Position numbers and translations under genes: made by a program. Below, piece by piece: positions 35,883 to 46,017 of a stretch of DNA of 55,696 nt; position 1 is the stretch's first letter; every line of letters starts with the position of its first letter. The stretch is from contig CALXQA010000001.1 in the NCBI GenBank assembly GCA_944390335.1, positions 1 to 55,696 of the forward strand, given 5' to 3'. The DNA is from an uncultured Clostridia bacterium. GTDB lineage: Bacteria; Bacillota; Clostridia; TANB77; CAG-508. The notes below the pieces were generated by a model. The model was not told the origin of the DNA and searched no databases. It saw nothing but the letters and a program-made list of their open reading frames with translations.

Positions 35883-36392
35883 TTATAAATATTTACATTC
35901 TTCTGCATATTTTTCATATATATAATTTATAATTTCATCTTCATTTAGTTTTTCATTTAATATATTTTCTGGAATATAGCCTATCAAGTCTTTTTCTCTC
36001 CACCATTTACGCATTTCTTTTTCTCCAAACTCATTTGCATTTGCTTTTGTTTTATGTCTTTTTAATGTTTCTTCAAATGGAAGATCAAAATAAAACGCTA
36101 AGATATTGTCTTTAAATTCTTCCAATAATTTTTCAAATAATTTATTATAATGCTTTGAATATAGTATTCCTTCTAATATAACTACTTTGCAATGTTTCTT
36201 TCCATAAAGTACTAAGTTTAATAATAAATCTTCTGCCTTATTATTTTTTCTGCCTTTTACATACAACATCTCTCTTCTTACTACATCTTGTGATATAAGC
36301 ATTGTACCATGACCTAATTTTTTTTGTAATTTCTTTGCAATCGTCGTTTTTCCACTTCCAGAGTTTCCTCTTATAATAATCAGTTTTGCCAT
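35883..36392 (-). CDS. P-loop kinase-like protein (AAA_33 type)
   Basis: MAKLIIIRGNSGSGKTTIAKKLQKKLG Walker A. Start set at the ATG at 36392; the longer track ORF would overlap ruvC. Confidence 0.6.
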   Translation of the reverse strand: MAKLIIIRGNSGSGKTTIAKKLQKKLGHGTMLISQDVVRREMLYVKGRKNNKAEDLLLNLVLYGKKHCKVVILEGILYSKHYNKLFEKLLEEFKDNILAFYFDLPFEETLKRHKTKANANEFGEKEMRKWWREKDLIGYIPENILNEKLNEDEIINYIYEKYAEECKYL

Positions 36393-36420
36393 TTTATTTA
36401 CCTTTATACCTTTTTTATTT

Positions 36421-36906
36421 TTAAAGACATTTTGAAAATTTATTAGAATGTGCATAACATATTGCTGCTGCCATACTATCAGTTGTATCATCTAGTTTTG
36501 GTAATTTTTCTACTTTCAAGATTGACTTTACCATTTTTTGTACTTGCACTTTATCTGCTCTTCCATATCCAGTTACAGCTTGTTTTATTTGTAAAGGTGT
36601 ATATTCAAATAAAGGTACATTGTTTTTTCTAGCTACTACTAAGACTATACCTCTTGCTTGTGCTACATTTATTGCTGTTCTAGTATTTGTATTAAAGAAC
36701 AATTCTTCTATTGATATTACCTCTGGTTTATACATTTTTATTATATTTTCTAAATCATCATATATTTTTACAAGTCTATCTGGAAATGATTCTCCTGCTT
36801 TTGTAAGTATCGCACCAGAGTCTATTAATGTAAAATGATTTCCTTTATATTCTATTATGCTATATCCTGTTATAGCAAATCCTGGGTCTATTCCTAATAT
36901 TCTCAT
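36421..36906 (-). CDS. ruvC: Crossover junction endodeoxyribonuclease RuvC
   Basis: MRILGIDPGFAITGYSIIE... with typical length and motifs. Confidence 0.9.
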   Translation of the reverse strand: MRILGIDPGFAITGYSIIEYKGNHFTLIDSGAILTKAGESFPDRLVKIYDDLENIIKMYKPEVISIEELFFNTNTRTAINVAQARGIVLVVARKNNVPLFEYTPLQIKQAVTGYGRADKVQVQKMVKSILKVEKLPKLDDTTDSMAAAICYAHSNKFSKCL

Positions 36907-36921
36907 ATTTTTTCCTCTTGT

Positions 36922-38946
36922 TTATTCTTCCTTATCTAGTAATATTCTAAATATTTCTGCTATGCTCCAACATTGTGCTATTGCACCTTTGCCATGAGTT
37001 GGAAGTACTGAGTCATATATTTCACATATACTTCCTATAGTATTACCATTTGTTATTTCATATGTAAATGTAGATGCTACATTTAGTTTAAATTGCATTA
37101 ATGTATGTTTTAGTCTTTGTTTATTTGCTTCATTTTTTTCTGCTTTTATCATATTTTTTAAAGCATTATAATACTCTCCTAAAAGCCAAGGCCATGTTAT
37201 TCCTTGATGATAACTGCTATCTCTTTTTTCTGGAGAACCTTCATATACAGATACAAAACCTTTTTCTCCATTTGCTAATGTCTGCAAACCATATTTATTT
37301 AATAGTTTTTGTGTTACTGTTACAAAAACTTCTTTAGCCATATCTTTATCACAATCAAGTACAGTGAAAGATGTACTTATTGCAAAAATCTGGTTTGGTC
37401 TTATTAAATCATCTCCTAAAACATCATATAGGCATTTTTTATATGGATTATAGAAACGCCTTATAAATGACTTTTGTACATTTTGTGCAAGCATTCCATA
37501 TTCAAACTGTCTACCTATTTTTAAGAACTTTTTTGATAGTTCTTGCATTATTTTAAGTGCATTATACCAAAGTGCATTTATTTCTACTGCTTTACCATTT
37601 CTAGGTGTTACTGGCACTCCATTTACTTTTGCATCCATCCATGTATTTTGTGTGTCTAATGTACCTGATGATATAAGGTAGGTTTTTTCATCAAATCTTA
37701 TATTGTTATTATCTAAGTTAATTCCATCTAAATAATTATCTATAATTTTTATCATTCTGTGATACAAATTTTCTTTTACAAATTTATAATCACCTGTATA
37801 TATTAAATATTTATATACTGCTTCAAAAAATAGCAAAGATGCATCTACACTATTATATAAAGGGTGCATATCATATTCGTCAAATCCATTTGGTACTAAT
37901 CCTTGCTTTATACTGTTTGCAAGCATTAAAAGCACTTGTTTTGCTATTTCAAATCTTTTTGAGATTAATAATATTCCTTCAAAAGATATAAGTGTATCTC
38001 TGCCCCAATCTAAAAACCATGGATAACCTGCTATTAATGTATGAGAGTTCATACTTGGCCTATAAACTATAAAGTTATCTGATGCTATTATATATTTGTT
38101 TACTAAATCAATATAACTTTGTTTTTCTTCATCTTCTATTGGTAAATACTTATTTTCTAATAATTTAGATTCTTTTACTTCAGCATTTATTCTTCTTTTT
38201 TCATTTTCTATTATTTTACTTCCACTTAATCTTGAAAGTTCTTCTATAGTACTACCATATTCTCCTTCTAAAGAACATAGAAAAGTTATCTCTTTATCTT
38301 CATTTGGCTTTATTTCTACTTCAAATGTACCTGGGACAGCATGGTTTTCTTCTGCTTCAAAACCTCTTTTTTCTTCTTTTTCATAGTACATTGAGTAAAA
38401 TATATCATTTTTGTGTTCTATGTATTTACTTCCTTGTACACAAATATTTATTTTTCCTTTATTTTCCCCAAAGTCTAATGTGACTTTATCTCTATATATT
38501 TTTTGTTTATATTTAAATTCCAAATCATGGGTTAAACTATGAAAGTCTCTAAAATTTACAATAGGTGTTAATAATAGTTTTGCTTTTGCTTTTTGATTTA
38601 CTACTCTATATACAATAGCTACAGTATTTTTGCCATACATCATACATATAGACTTTTCTACAATTACATTTTTTATTTTATATGTATAAATAGGTATAAT
38701 ATATTTTTCAAATTTTTCTATATATTTATATCCATCAGATATTTTTCCTTGTGATTCATTTGTATATAGATTGTATTTTGTTCCTCCTATTTCTATACTT
38801 TCATCTACTTTAGATAATATTAATTTCCTTAGTCCAGGAGGATTTAAGGATGCAATTAGCATTCCATGGTATCTTCTAGTATTCATCCCTATATCTGTAG
38901 ATGATGCAAAACCACCAATTCCATTTGTTATTACCCATTCTCTCAT
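36922..38946 (-). CDS. Glycogen debranching enzyme (bacterial GDE_N + amylo-alpha-1,6-glucosidase domains)
   Basis: 674 aa. MREWVITNGIGGFASSTDIGMNTRRYHGML N-terminus, GYPWFLDWGRDT, QCWSIAE. Confidence 0.8.
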   Translation of the reverse strand: MREWVITNGIGGFASSTDIGMNTRRYHGMLIASLNPPGLRKLILSKVDESIEIGGTKYNLYTNESQGKISDGYKYIEKFEKYIIPIYTYKIKNVIVEKSICMMYGKNTVAIVYRVVNQKAKAKLLLTPIVNFRDFHSLTHDLEFKYKQKIYRDKVTLDFGENKGKINICVQGSKYIEHKNDIFYSMYYEKEEKRGFEAEENHAVPGTFEVEIKPNEDKEITFLCSLEGEYGSTIEELSRLSGSKIIENEKRRINAEVKESKLLENKYLPIEDEEKQSYIDLVNKYIIASDNFIVYRPSMNSHTLIAGYPWFLDWGRDTLISFEGILLISKRFEIAKQVLLMLANSIKQGLVPNGFDEYDMHPLYNSVDASLLFFEAVYKYLIYTGDYKFVKENLYHRMIKIIDNYLDGINLDNNNIRFDEKTYLISSGTLDTQNTWMDAKVNGVPVTPRNGKAVEINALWYNALKIMQELSKKFLKIGRQFEYGMLAQNVQKSFIRRFYNPYKKCLYDVLGDDLIRPNQIFAISTSFTVLDCDKDMAKEVFVTVTQKLLNKYGLQTLANGEKGFVSVYEGSPEKRDSSYHQGITWPWLLGEYYNALKNMIKAEKNEANKQRLKHTLMQFKLNVASTFTYEITNGNTIGSICEIYDSVLPTHGKGAIAQCWSIAEIFRILLDKEE

Positions 38947-39000
38947 TTGTTTTTTACCTCTTTTCTTTTTTCTTATGGTTCATCTTTTTAGTAAATCTCT

Positions 39001-40539
39001 TTATTTTTGTTTCTTTTTATCTATCTTCTTCTCTTTTTCTTTTTGCTCTACTAATTTTCTTCTCATTGTAGCATTTTTATCACTATCTTTTATTGACTCT
39101 ATTCTATCTTTATATTTAGAATTAAACTTACTTTTTATACCTTCTGGTTTACGTTCAAATGGTTTTTTCCCTGATCTTTGGAATTTCTTATCTTTCTTTT
39201 GTCTCTTTTTTATTTCTTTTTTGCTTTCTTTTAATCTTGAATTTAGCATCATATACTGGCTGTCATTTTGCATATCTTCAAATTTAAGTTCATCACATAT
39301 TAATTGGATAATTGTTGATGCTATAACATCAGGGTCATGTCTTATTGAATCTCCTTCTACTTTTGAAAGATTTCTTTGTATTAATCTTATTCCTAATTCT
39401 TTTGCTTTTTGTATATCTGGTAATACAATATCTGAACCTTTTAAATTATATTTCTTTATATATTCTGGCACTATTTCTCCTGTATCATATATACAATAAT
39501 TGATTATACCTTCTCCCACATATTCATTTATTGTTTTTATATGGTCTGATAATGTATATTCATCTGTTTGTCCAAGTTCTGTCATTATATTGCTTACATA
39601 AATTTTTATTCCGTTTGATTCTTTTATTGCTTTTGCAATTCCTTTTACTAAAAGATTAGGTATAACATTAGTAAATAGGCTACCTGGTCCAATTACTATT
39701 GCATCTGCTTCTTTTATTGCTTCTATTACACCTGGAGCAGGTTTGCAGTTAGTCGGATTTATAAATATTCTAGATATTTTACTTGCTGTTTCACTTACAT
39801 ATTCTGGTATTTTATCTCTATTTTCTATAACTGTTCCATCATCAAGTTCTGCACATATTTTTATTTCTTCTAATGTAACAGGTAGTACTTTTCCTGTTAT
39901 ATTTAATACTTCTTTTGAATTTTCTATAGATTTAGTAAAGTTTTCATGTATATTATTCATAGCTAAAAAGTATATATCACCAAAACTTAAGTTTCTTAAT
40001 TGGCCTGTTTTAAATTCTACATTTAATAGTTTTTCCATTTCTTCCTCATCATATGATAGTGCTACTAAACTTTCTTTTATATCATTTAGTGGTAATACTT
40101 GAAGTGCTTTTCTTGAGTCTGTAGGCGTTTTTCCATAATCAGATACTGTAACTACTGCTGTTATGTTGTCTGTATAGTTTTTTAGACCTTTTAGCACAGT
40201 ATTAAGTCCACTACCTCCGCCTATAACTACTATCTTTGGTCCTTGATTATATACTTTTTTATTGAATATTAGTTTATTTATGTTTTGAGTTTCTTTTCTT
40301 GTATCACTTTCCTCTATCAACAATTCTAATGTTCTTTTTTGCATAAACACAAAACCTATTACTATCATTGTAAATCCTATTACAAATGATACTACTATTT
40401 TTAAAATCTCTATTATTCCTAATGTATTAAAGTATAGTATATTTGCTATACCATAACATATTAATACTACTCCAAGTAATATTAAAAACATCCATCTTTT
40501 CATTTTTGCTTTTGATGTAAACCATTTAAAAAATCCCAT
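39001..40539 (-). CDS. yvcK: YvcK/CofD-family (UPF0052, gluconeogenesis factor) protein with two N-terminal TM helices and a Lys-rich C-terminal tail
   Basis: KIVVIGGGSGLNTVLKGLKNYTDNITAVVTVSDYG core. N-terminal hydrophobic segments. Last ~90 aa extremely K/E/R-rich. Confidence 0.75.
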   Translation of the reverse strand: MGFFKWFTSKAKMKRWMFLILLGVVLICYGIANILYFNTLGIIEILKIVVSFVIGFTMIVIGFVFMQKRTLELLIEESDTRKETQNINKLIFNKKVYNQGPKIVVIGGGSGLNTVLKGLKNYTDNITAVVTVSDYGKTPTDSRKALQVLPLNDIKESLVALSYDEEEMEKLLNVEFKTGQLRNLSFGDIYFLAMNNIHENFTKSIENSKEVLNITGKVLPVTLEEIKICAELDDGTVIENRDKIPEYVSETASKISRIFINPTNCKPAPGVIEAIKEADAIVIGPGSLFTNVIPNLLVKGIAKAIKESNGIKIYVSNIMTELGQTDEYTLSDHIKTINEYVGEGIINYCIYDTGEIVPEYIKKYNLKGSDIVLPDIQKAKELGIRLIQRNLSKVEGDSIRHDPDVIASTIIQLICDELKFEDMQNDSQYMMLNSRLKESKKEIKKRQKKDKKFQRSGKKPFERKPEGIKSKFNSKYKDRIESIKDSDKNATMRRKLVEQKEKEKKIDKKKQK

Positions 40540-40575
40540 TTCTATTTCCTCTTCCTATTTCTTCTTATTTTATTT

Positions 40576-41466
40576 CTATTCTCCTATTATTTTTATTTCT
40601 TCTTCTATATGTTTTCCAAACTTTTCATATACCTTTTGTTTTACATATTCAATTAGGTTTATAATATCTTCTGCTTTTGCATTTTTAGCATTTACAATAA
40701 ATCCTGCATGTTTTTCTGATACTTTTGCTCCTCCAATGGTAAATCCTTTAAGACCTGATTTGTCTATAAGCTTAGCAGTTATATACCCTTCTCCTCTTTT
40801 AAATGTGCTTCCTGCACTTGGCACATCTAATGGTTGTGTGTTTATTCTTTTTTCTCTATATTCTTCTATTTTCTTTTTTATCTCTTCTCTATTTCCTTTT
40901 TCTAATTTAAGCATTGTTTCTAATATAACTGCATGCTTTTTTGAGAAAATGCTTTCTCTATATCTAAATTCATGCTCTAGATTATTAATTGTCTCTGTTT
41001 TTTTAGTATCTAAGTCTATATATGTAGTACTAACTACTACATCTTTCATTTCTCTACCAAAAGCTCCTGCATTCATAACTATTGCTCCACCTATTGTTCC
41101 TGGTATTCCAAAAGCAAATTCTAGTCCTTCTATACTATTTTCAAGTATAGGCTTTGACAGAAGAGCATTCGGCATTCCTGCTTCTACTTTTATAATATTA
41201 TCATTTATCTCATAGTTTTTAGCAACATATTTAATAACTGTTCCTCTTATTCCTTTATCTCTAACTAATATATTTGTTCCATTTCCAATTATATATATGT
41301 TTTTTAAGTCAAGATTTAGTACTTTAGTTAGTTTTTCTTTACTATCAATTATTAAAAATCTATCTGCATTTCCTCCTACTTTAAATGAAGTATGCATTTT
41401 CATTGGTTCATTATATTTTACATTTTCTTTCCCTAAAATATCTTCTAATTCTTTATCATGTTTCAA
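40576..41466 (-). CDS. murB: UDP-N-acetylenolpyruvoylglucosamine reductase
   Basis: MHTSFKVGGNADRFL, GNGTNILV, SAGSTFK motifs. TTG start with GGAGG RBS. Confidence 0.9.
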   Translation of the reverse strand: MKHDKELEDILGKENVKYNEPMKMHTSFKVGGNADRFLIIDSKEKLTKVLNLDLKNIYIIGNGTNILVRDKGIRGTVIKYVAKNYEINDNIIKVEAGMPNALLSKPILENSIEGLEFAFGIPGTIGGAIVMNAGAFGREMKDVVVSTTYIDLDTKKTETINNLEHEFRYRESIFSKKHAVILETMLKLEKGNREEIKKKIEEYREKRINTQPLDVPSAGSTFKRGEGYITAKLIDKSGLKGFTIGGAKVSEKHAGFIVNAKNAKAEDIINLIEYVKQKVYEKFGKHIEEEIKIIGE

Positions 41467-41567
41467 ATATATAAACCTCCTCTTTTTATATTCCTATTTT
41501 ATCATCTTTATTCTTGTTTTACAATAATATTACAAAAATAACATTTTAAAAATTTACATACTTTTAC

Positions 41568-41596
41568 TTGATTAGTTTTTAATATTGTATTATTAT
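41568..41596 (+). promoter_or_regulatory. Candidate sigmaA promoter of tdk (TTGATT-17-TATTAT)
   Basis: TTGATT agtttttaatattgtat TATTAT, 34 nt upstream of the ATG at 41631. Confidence 0.4.
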
Positions 41597-41630
41597 ACAT
41601 ACGCAAGTATTATTATAAGGGGTAAGAAAA

Positions 41631-42194
41631 ATGGGTGACATAAATGTTTATTCAGGACCAATGAAATGTGGTAAAACTCAACATATTCTAAATGAATATA
41701 AAAGGCAATTAATTGCAGGAAAAAAAGTGAAAATGTTTAAACCTACTATTGATACAAGATATGCTGGAAATGTAGTTGTTTCTAGAAATGGTATTGATAT
41801 TCCAGCTATTTCTATTAGCAAAATTTCTGATTTAGAAAAGTATGATGCTGATGTTTATTGTATTGATGAATTTCAATTTCTAAAAGGTAATGTCAAAGTT
41901 ATTGAACAAATGGCTGAAAGTGGCAAAAAGTTCTTTATTGCTGGTCTTAATCTTACAGCTGAAAAGAAGCCTTTTGGCAAAATGCCTGATTTATTATGTA
42001 TTGCTGATAATGTTAATATGCTTAATGCTATTTGTGATAATTGCAAGTGTGAAAATGCTGTTTATACTTATTTTAAAGGTGGAAAAAATACTGAAATTGT
42101 AATTGGTGATAGAGAATACATGGCTTTATGTAGACATTGCTATGATTCTTTAACTAGACAAGATTCAATTAATAGAAATAAAGTACAAGCATAA
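41631..42194 (+). CDS. tdk: Thymidine kinase
   Basis: VYSGPMKCGKTQHIL P-loop. C-terminal Cys cluster CDNCKCENA..ALCRHCY. Confidence 0.9.
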   Translation: MGDINVYSGPMKCGKTQHILNEYKRQLIAGKKVKMFKPTIDTRYAGNVVVSRNGIDIPAISISKISDLEKYDADVYCIDEFQFLKGNVKVIEQMAESGKKFFIAGLNLTAEKKPFGKMPDLLCIADNVNMLNAICDNCKCENAVYTYFKGGKNTEIVIGDREYMALCRHCYDSLTRQDSINRNKVQA

Positions 42195-42225
42195 TTTCTT
42201 GTTTAACTATTATTTTATTAGTAAT

Positions 42226-42250
42226 TATCCCACGGCTAAGCCGGGGATAG
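42226..42250 (+). terminator. GC-containing hairpin terminator after tdk
   Basis: ttatcccacggctaagccggggatag followed by ttacttttattttt. Confidence 0.6.
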
Positions 42251-42273
42251 TTACTTTTATTTTTATATTATTA

Positions 42274-42774
42274 TTAAAAAGGAAACCATGGAAACATTAC
42301 TATTACTGCTCCTAATATCACTGCAAATGTCATCTTTGCATCTTCTGGATTATCAAATCCAAAATCTAGTTCTCCTTCTGGCGGCAATTCTTCTGCATCT
42401 ATTAAACTTATTTTCATATTATCTATTTGCTCATAATTAAAGCTAGATGCAAATTCTGTTTCTTCTTTTGGGCTTAAGTCTTTTATCTTAACATATTTTG
42501 TTCCAAGTAATACTCCTCTTTCTGAATAACTATCTATTTTTAGATATTTATTTGATACATTTACATCTGTATTATTTTTTACTTTTCCTTTTATATTTCC
42601 GTTTACAAATGTTGCTTTTGCTTCTTCTACTTGGACATCTAATATTGAGTTTTCTACTGAGTATTCTTTTGTAATGTATGTACTTTTTAGTAAATAAATT
42701 GATGCAATATCACTTATTATATATACTATTACTATAGCTAAAAAGTACTTAAAAAATGTCTTCATCCTACTCAT
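42274..42774 (-). CDS. Membrane-anchored hypothetical protein (single N-terminal TM, beta-rich ectodomain, C-terminal hydrophobic segment)
   Basis: 166 aa with GGGGA RBS. FKYFLAIVIVYIISDIASIYLL anchor. No family confidently recognised. Sits immediately downstream of lexA. Confidence 0.55.
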   Translation of the reverse strand: MSRMKTFFKYFLAIVIVYIISDIASIYLLKSTYITKEYSVENSILDVQVEEAKATFVNGNIKGKVKNNTDVNVSNKYLKIDSYSERGVLLGTKYVKIKDLSPKEETEFASSFNYEQIDNMKISLIDAEELPPEGELDFGFDNPEDAKMTFAVILGAVIVMFPWFPF

Positions 42775-42788
42775 ATTATTCCCCTTTA

Positions 42789-43472
42789 TTATAATTTTCT
42801 AAATACTCCTGCTACTTTTCCAAGTATTTGACAATCTGGTACTATTATTGGATCCATTGTACTATTTTCTGGTTGAAGTCTTATATATCCATCTTCTTTA
42901 TAGAATGTTTTTACAGTTGCTTCATCGTCAATTAATGCTACTACTATTTCTCCATTTTCTGCTGCATTTGTTCTTTTTACTAGAATATAGTCTCCATCTA
43001 ATATTCCAGCTTCTATCATACTTTCACCTCTTACAGTAAGCATAAAACTGTCACTATTTCCTACAAAGTCTAATGGTATTGGGAATGTATCTGTAATATT
43101 TTCTACTGCAAGTATTGGTTGCCCTGCTGTTATTTTTCCTATTACTGGTACATTTACCATTTCTCTATTTGTATAAAATTGTTTTGTTTCACTTACACCT
43201 TGGCTATCTGTTATTACATTGTCTCCTTTATAATTTCTAAGTAATCTTAAAGTTCTTCCTTTTTGATTTTCTTTCTTTATAAAGCCTCTTTCTTCTAGTG
43301 ATTTTAAATACCCTTGTACAGTAGCTGTAGAACTTAAACCAACTGCCTTTCCTATTTCTCTTACTGATGGTGGAAATCCTTTTAATAAAATTTCTTTTTG
43401 AATGAATTTTAATATAGCTCTGTCTCTCTTATTTAAACCATTTGCATCTCTAACAGATTTATTCATTTTCAT
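42789..43472 (-). CDS. lexA: LexA SOS repressor
   Basis: Winged-HTH [32 protein letters not shown]24 peptidase [37 protein letters not shown]. The true start may be the second ATG at 43466 (better RBS spacing). Confidence 0.9.
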   Translation of the reverse strand: MKMNKSVRDANGLNKRDRAILKFIQKEILLKGFPPSVREIGKAVGLSSTATVQGYLKSLEERGFIKKENQKGRTLRLLRNYKGDNVITDSQGVSETKQFYTNREMVNVPVIGKITAGQPILAVENITDTFPIPLDFVGNSDSFMLTVRGESMIEAGILDGDYILVKRTNAAENGEIVVALIDDEATVKTFYKEDGYIRLQPENSTMDPIIVPDCQILGKVAGVFRKL

Positions 43473-43497
43473 CTCTCCTTTTTCTTAAACTAAACAT

Positions 43498-43526
43498 ATC
43501 TTATCATAAAAAAATGTGTTTGTCAA
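43498..43526 (-). promoter_or_regulatory. SigmaA-type promoter of lexA (TTGACA-17-TAAGAT)
   Basis: Minus strand reads TTGACA aacacatttttttatga TAAGAT, about 25 nt upstream of the start codon. Confidence 0.5.
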
Positions 43527-43536
43527 ACAAAAGTTT
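43525..43536. promoter_or_regulatory. LexA-box-like palindrome AAAC-N4-GTTT overlapping the lexA -35
   Basis: Minus strand reads AAACTTTTGTTT, with its last two bases shared with TTGACA. A second, degenerate box (plus strand AAACATATCTTA, 43492-43503) overlaps the -10. Confidence 0.35.
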
Positions 43537-43629
43537 TAAAAATATTTGTTTTTTTTTAATTTTTCGTTAATAACTAGAGTTTTATTTATTTTTTAGTTTT
43601 TATATTTATTTATATATTAATTTTATTAC

Positions 43630-43689
43630 TCAAAAGAAGGATACCTTTTTACAGATATCCTCCTTTTATAAGGCTTAAAACAAAGCCTT
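43630..43689 (-). terminator. Two tandem hairpins after the SleB-like gene (terminator region)
   Basis: aaggctt/aagcctt (43670-43689), and aggata/tatcct (43638-43661) followed by ucuuuug on the minus strand. Confidence 0.4.
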
Positions 43690-43698
43690 TGGGATGTT

Positions 43699-44454
43699 TT
43701 ATGTATCCCAGTATTTATAAAATACTTGGTACCCAATTCTTACGGAACATTTTACATTTTTTCTACTATCTAATTGTTTTTGACTTACAGCTTCTGGATT
43801 ATAAAAGTATAGAGGACCACCTTCTGCATATTTTTCTGTATCAAGACCTAGTCTTTCTGCTTCTTCTCTTAGTAGTTTTTCGACTTGTGTCTCTTTTCCA
43901 TCAGATAATCTTTCTACAACTTCCCATACTTGAGAAGTAATATGCTCCTCTTCTATTGGAACTATAGTTTTATTTACTATCATAGACGGTATTCCATCTA
44001 TCACTGATGAGAATTGTCCAGGTGCTGTTAGTACTTCATAAATAGAACAATTACTTTGTTTTGCCCTATTTAGTATTGTAAGTCCTACACCTTCTTGCTC
44101 TTCTACATCGCATATACCAGCTTCTGCATAAATTGCCTTAGCAAGAAGTAGTTTATCTTTATCTGATAAACTTATTCCATTGGTATTTTCTTGTGTCATT
44201 TTCTTTTCTACTTTAGCTATTATTTCTACATTCCTCTCTTTTTTTAATTTTTCTGCATTTGTCCTGTATAGATTATAACTAATTAATTTACTTCCCTGAA
44301 CTCTTTCTTGAGGAATATTTTTAGCATTTACTTGTTCTTCAACTATATAGTCTTTAGTTTCATCAACTAAAACAATGTCATTATCAAAGTCTCCTCCTAT
44401 AAAGAAAAATAGACATATTAGTCCTATAATAGAAAATAGTTTGATTCTCCGCAT
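43699..44454 (-). CDS. Cell wall hydrolase, SleB/CwlJ (Hydrolase_2) family, with N-terminal membrane anchor
   Basis: LLLAKAIYAEAGICDVEEQEGVGLTILNRAKQSNCSIYEVLTAPGQFSSV is a typical Hydrolase_2 motif. Confidence 0.75.
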   Translation of the reverse strand: MRRIKLFSIIGLICLFFFIGGDFDNDIVLVDETKDYIVEEQVNAKNIPQERVQGSKLISYNLYRTNAEKLKKERNVEIIAKVEKKMTQENTNGISLSDKDKLLLAKAIYAEAGICDVEEQEGVGLTILNRAKQSNCSIYEVLTAPGQFSSVIDGIPSMIVNKTIVPIEEEHITSQVWEVVERLSDGKETQVEKLLREEAERLGLDTEKYAEGGPLYFYNPEAVSQKQLDSRKNVKCSVRIGYQVFYKYWDT

Positions 44455-44558
44455 TTTTTACATCCTTTCTATTTTTGTGCTTGTTTATTATATCATATTT
44501 TTATTATTATGTCTACCATTTAAATTTTACCTTCTGTTTTGTCTATTACTTTGTAATT

Positions 44559-45759
44559 TTACAAGTATAATATGGTTCTAAATCCTACACTGGTACCATT
44601 ATCACTTGTATTACCACGGTTACGAAAAGTAGTATATCCATTACTATTAAGATGACTTCCACCTCTACGAACACAAGGAACACTACTATCAGTATAAGTC
44701 TCAGTATTAAATTCTGTTACATTTCCTGCAAGGTCATATATATTACATCTAACATCATAATTATTTTCCTCATCATGTGCATTACCAGTTATTGTTAATG
44801 CATCTTGTATTCTTGTTTGCTTTGAATAGTCTGTATCTCCACTAAACATCTGTATAAACACTATAGCTGTATCTAATCCATAACTATTTATTAAATCACT
44901 CTCAAAATTGTCATTATTATTATTATATAGGCTTCTTGCTAAGTTAGCTGCACTTGGCTGTGTTATTTTATTATATACTTCTTGCCCTTTTTTTATATTA
45001 AATGTATTTGTATTTCCTTCAACCTTTCCAGCTTCATATCTTCCTATATAATATCCTCCACTTGCTCTTGCCTTAGTTATAAAGTCTCCTAAGTTTTTAG
45101 CTATTGTATTCCCTGCTTCACTAGTTAATTCTACATAATTATATTCTTGACCTACATCTATTTCTACTACTTCTGCATAATTATCTGCTGATTGTTTCAT
45201 TACTCCTGATGTATTTGTCTCAAACTCATATCTTCCAAAGTTTATTGTAGTTATTGCTCCTTCTGTATTAGTTTTTACATCCCCTATTGGAATCCATACA
45301 TATTGATTTCCTTTACTTACTTCATCTCCTGCTTCTGCATCTTCTATTACTATTCCTTTTGTTACATCTGTTCCTGAATCTTGGGCTAACTTAAATCCCT
45401 GCGGTACTTTTACTGGATTTTTATATTTATCATATATAGTTGTATTATTTTCATATACTGTTCCATTTTTTATTGCTTCTTCTACTTCTGATAATGTTTC
45501 TTCTTCATCTTCTTTATTATTTCCGTTATTATAATCATCTATATAGTTTATAACTTTATCCAACTCAATTTTTTCATTTTCACTTGCATTTTGATAAGTT
45601 TTTGCTCCTTCCCCAGCTCTTTTAAATATTCCATCTTCTCCGAATCGTAAATGATATTGCCACTCCTGCTAAAATTAGTAATACTATTATTGTTACAACT
45701 AATGCCACAAGTGTAATTCCTCTTACTTCTTTCTTTAGTTTTTTAAACTTCTTTTCCAC
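44559..45759 (-). pseudogene. Prepilin-like-leader / FGE-sulfatase-domain protein, copy B, interrupted by a 1-nt frameshift after the leader
   Basis: GTG at 45759 (AGGAGG RBS) gives VEKKFKKLKKEVRG-ITLVALVVTIIVLLILAGVAISFTIRRRWNI*, with the stop at 45622-45624. The homolog of copy A resumes one frame over (GEDGIFKRAGEGAKTYQNASENEKIELDKV...) and runs to 44559. Copy A has 12 nt where copy B has 13 nt (45642-45654). Confidence 0.7.
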
Positions 45760-46017
45760 GTTTTTTTCCTCCTCATATTTATGTATTCTTAAGTTAAATA
45801 TTTAATTATCCAAGTTATATCATAGCTGATTTTTCTTTGCAAGTATTTTTACTTGCTTGTTTTTATTTATTATTAACATTTCATATATATTTATTTCCAC
45901 ATTTTGTATTTTTATTCGTTTAATCTTTTTTTGCCAAAAAAAGCTACATATTTTAGATTCTTCTAAAATACATAGCTTTATTTATTTTTTCTATGTTTAC
46001 TTCATTTTCTTTTTTAT

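Noticed and set aside
38771-39499. Long antisense ORFs in the six-frame track, e.g. 38771..39499 +, 34108..34569 +, 21630..22136 +, 40736..41215 +, 51007..51372 +.
   Set aside because: All are Phe/Leu/Ile/Ser-rich, low-complexity mirror images of Lys/Glu/Asn-rich genes on the opposite strand. They lack RBS motifs and recognisable domains. This is the expected artefact of a stop-poor antisense frame in very AT-rich DNA.
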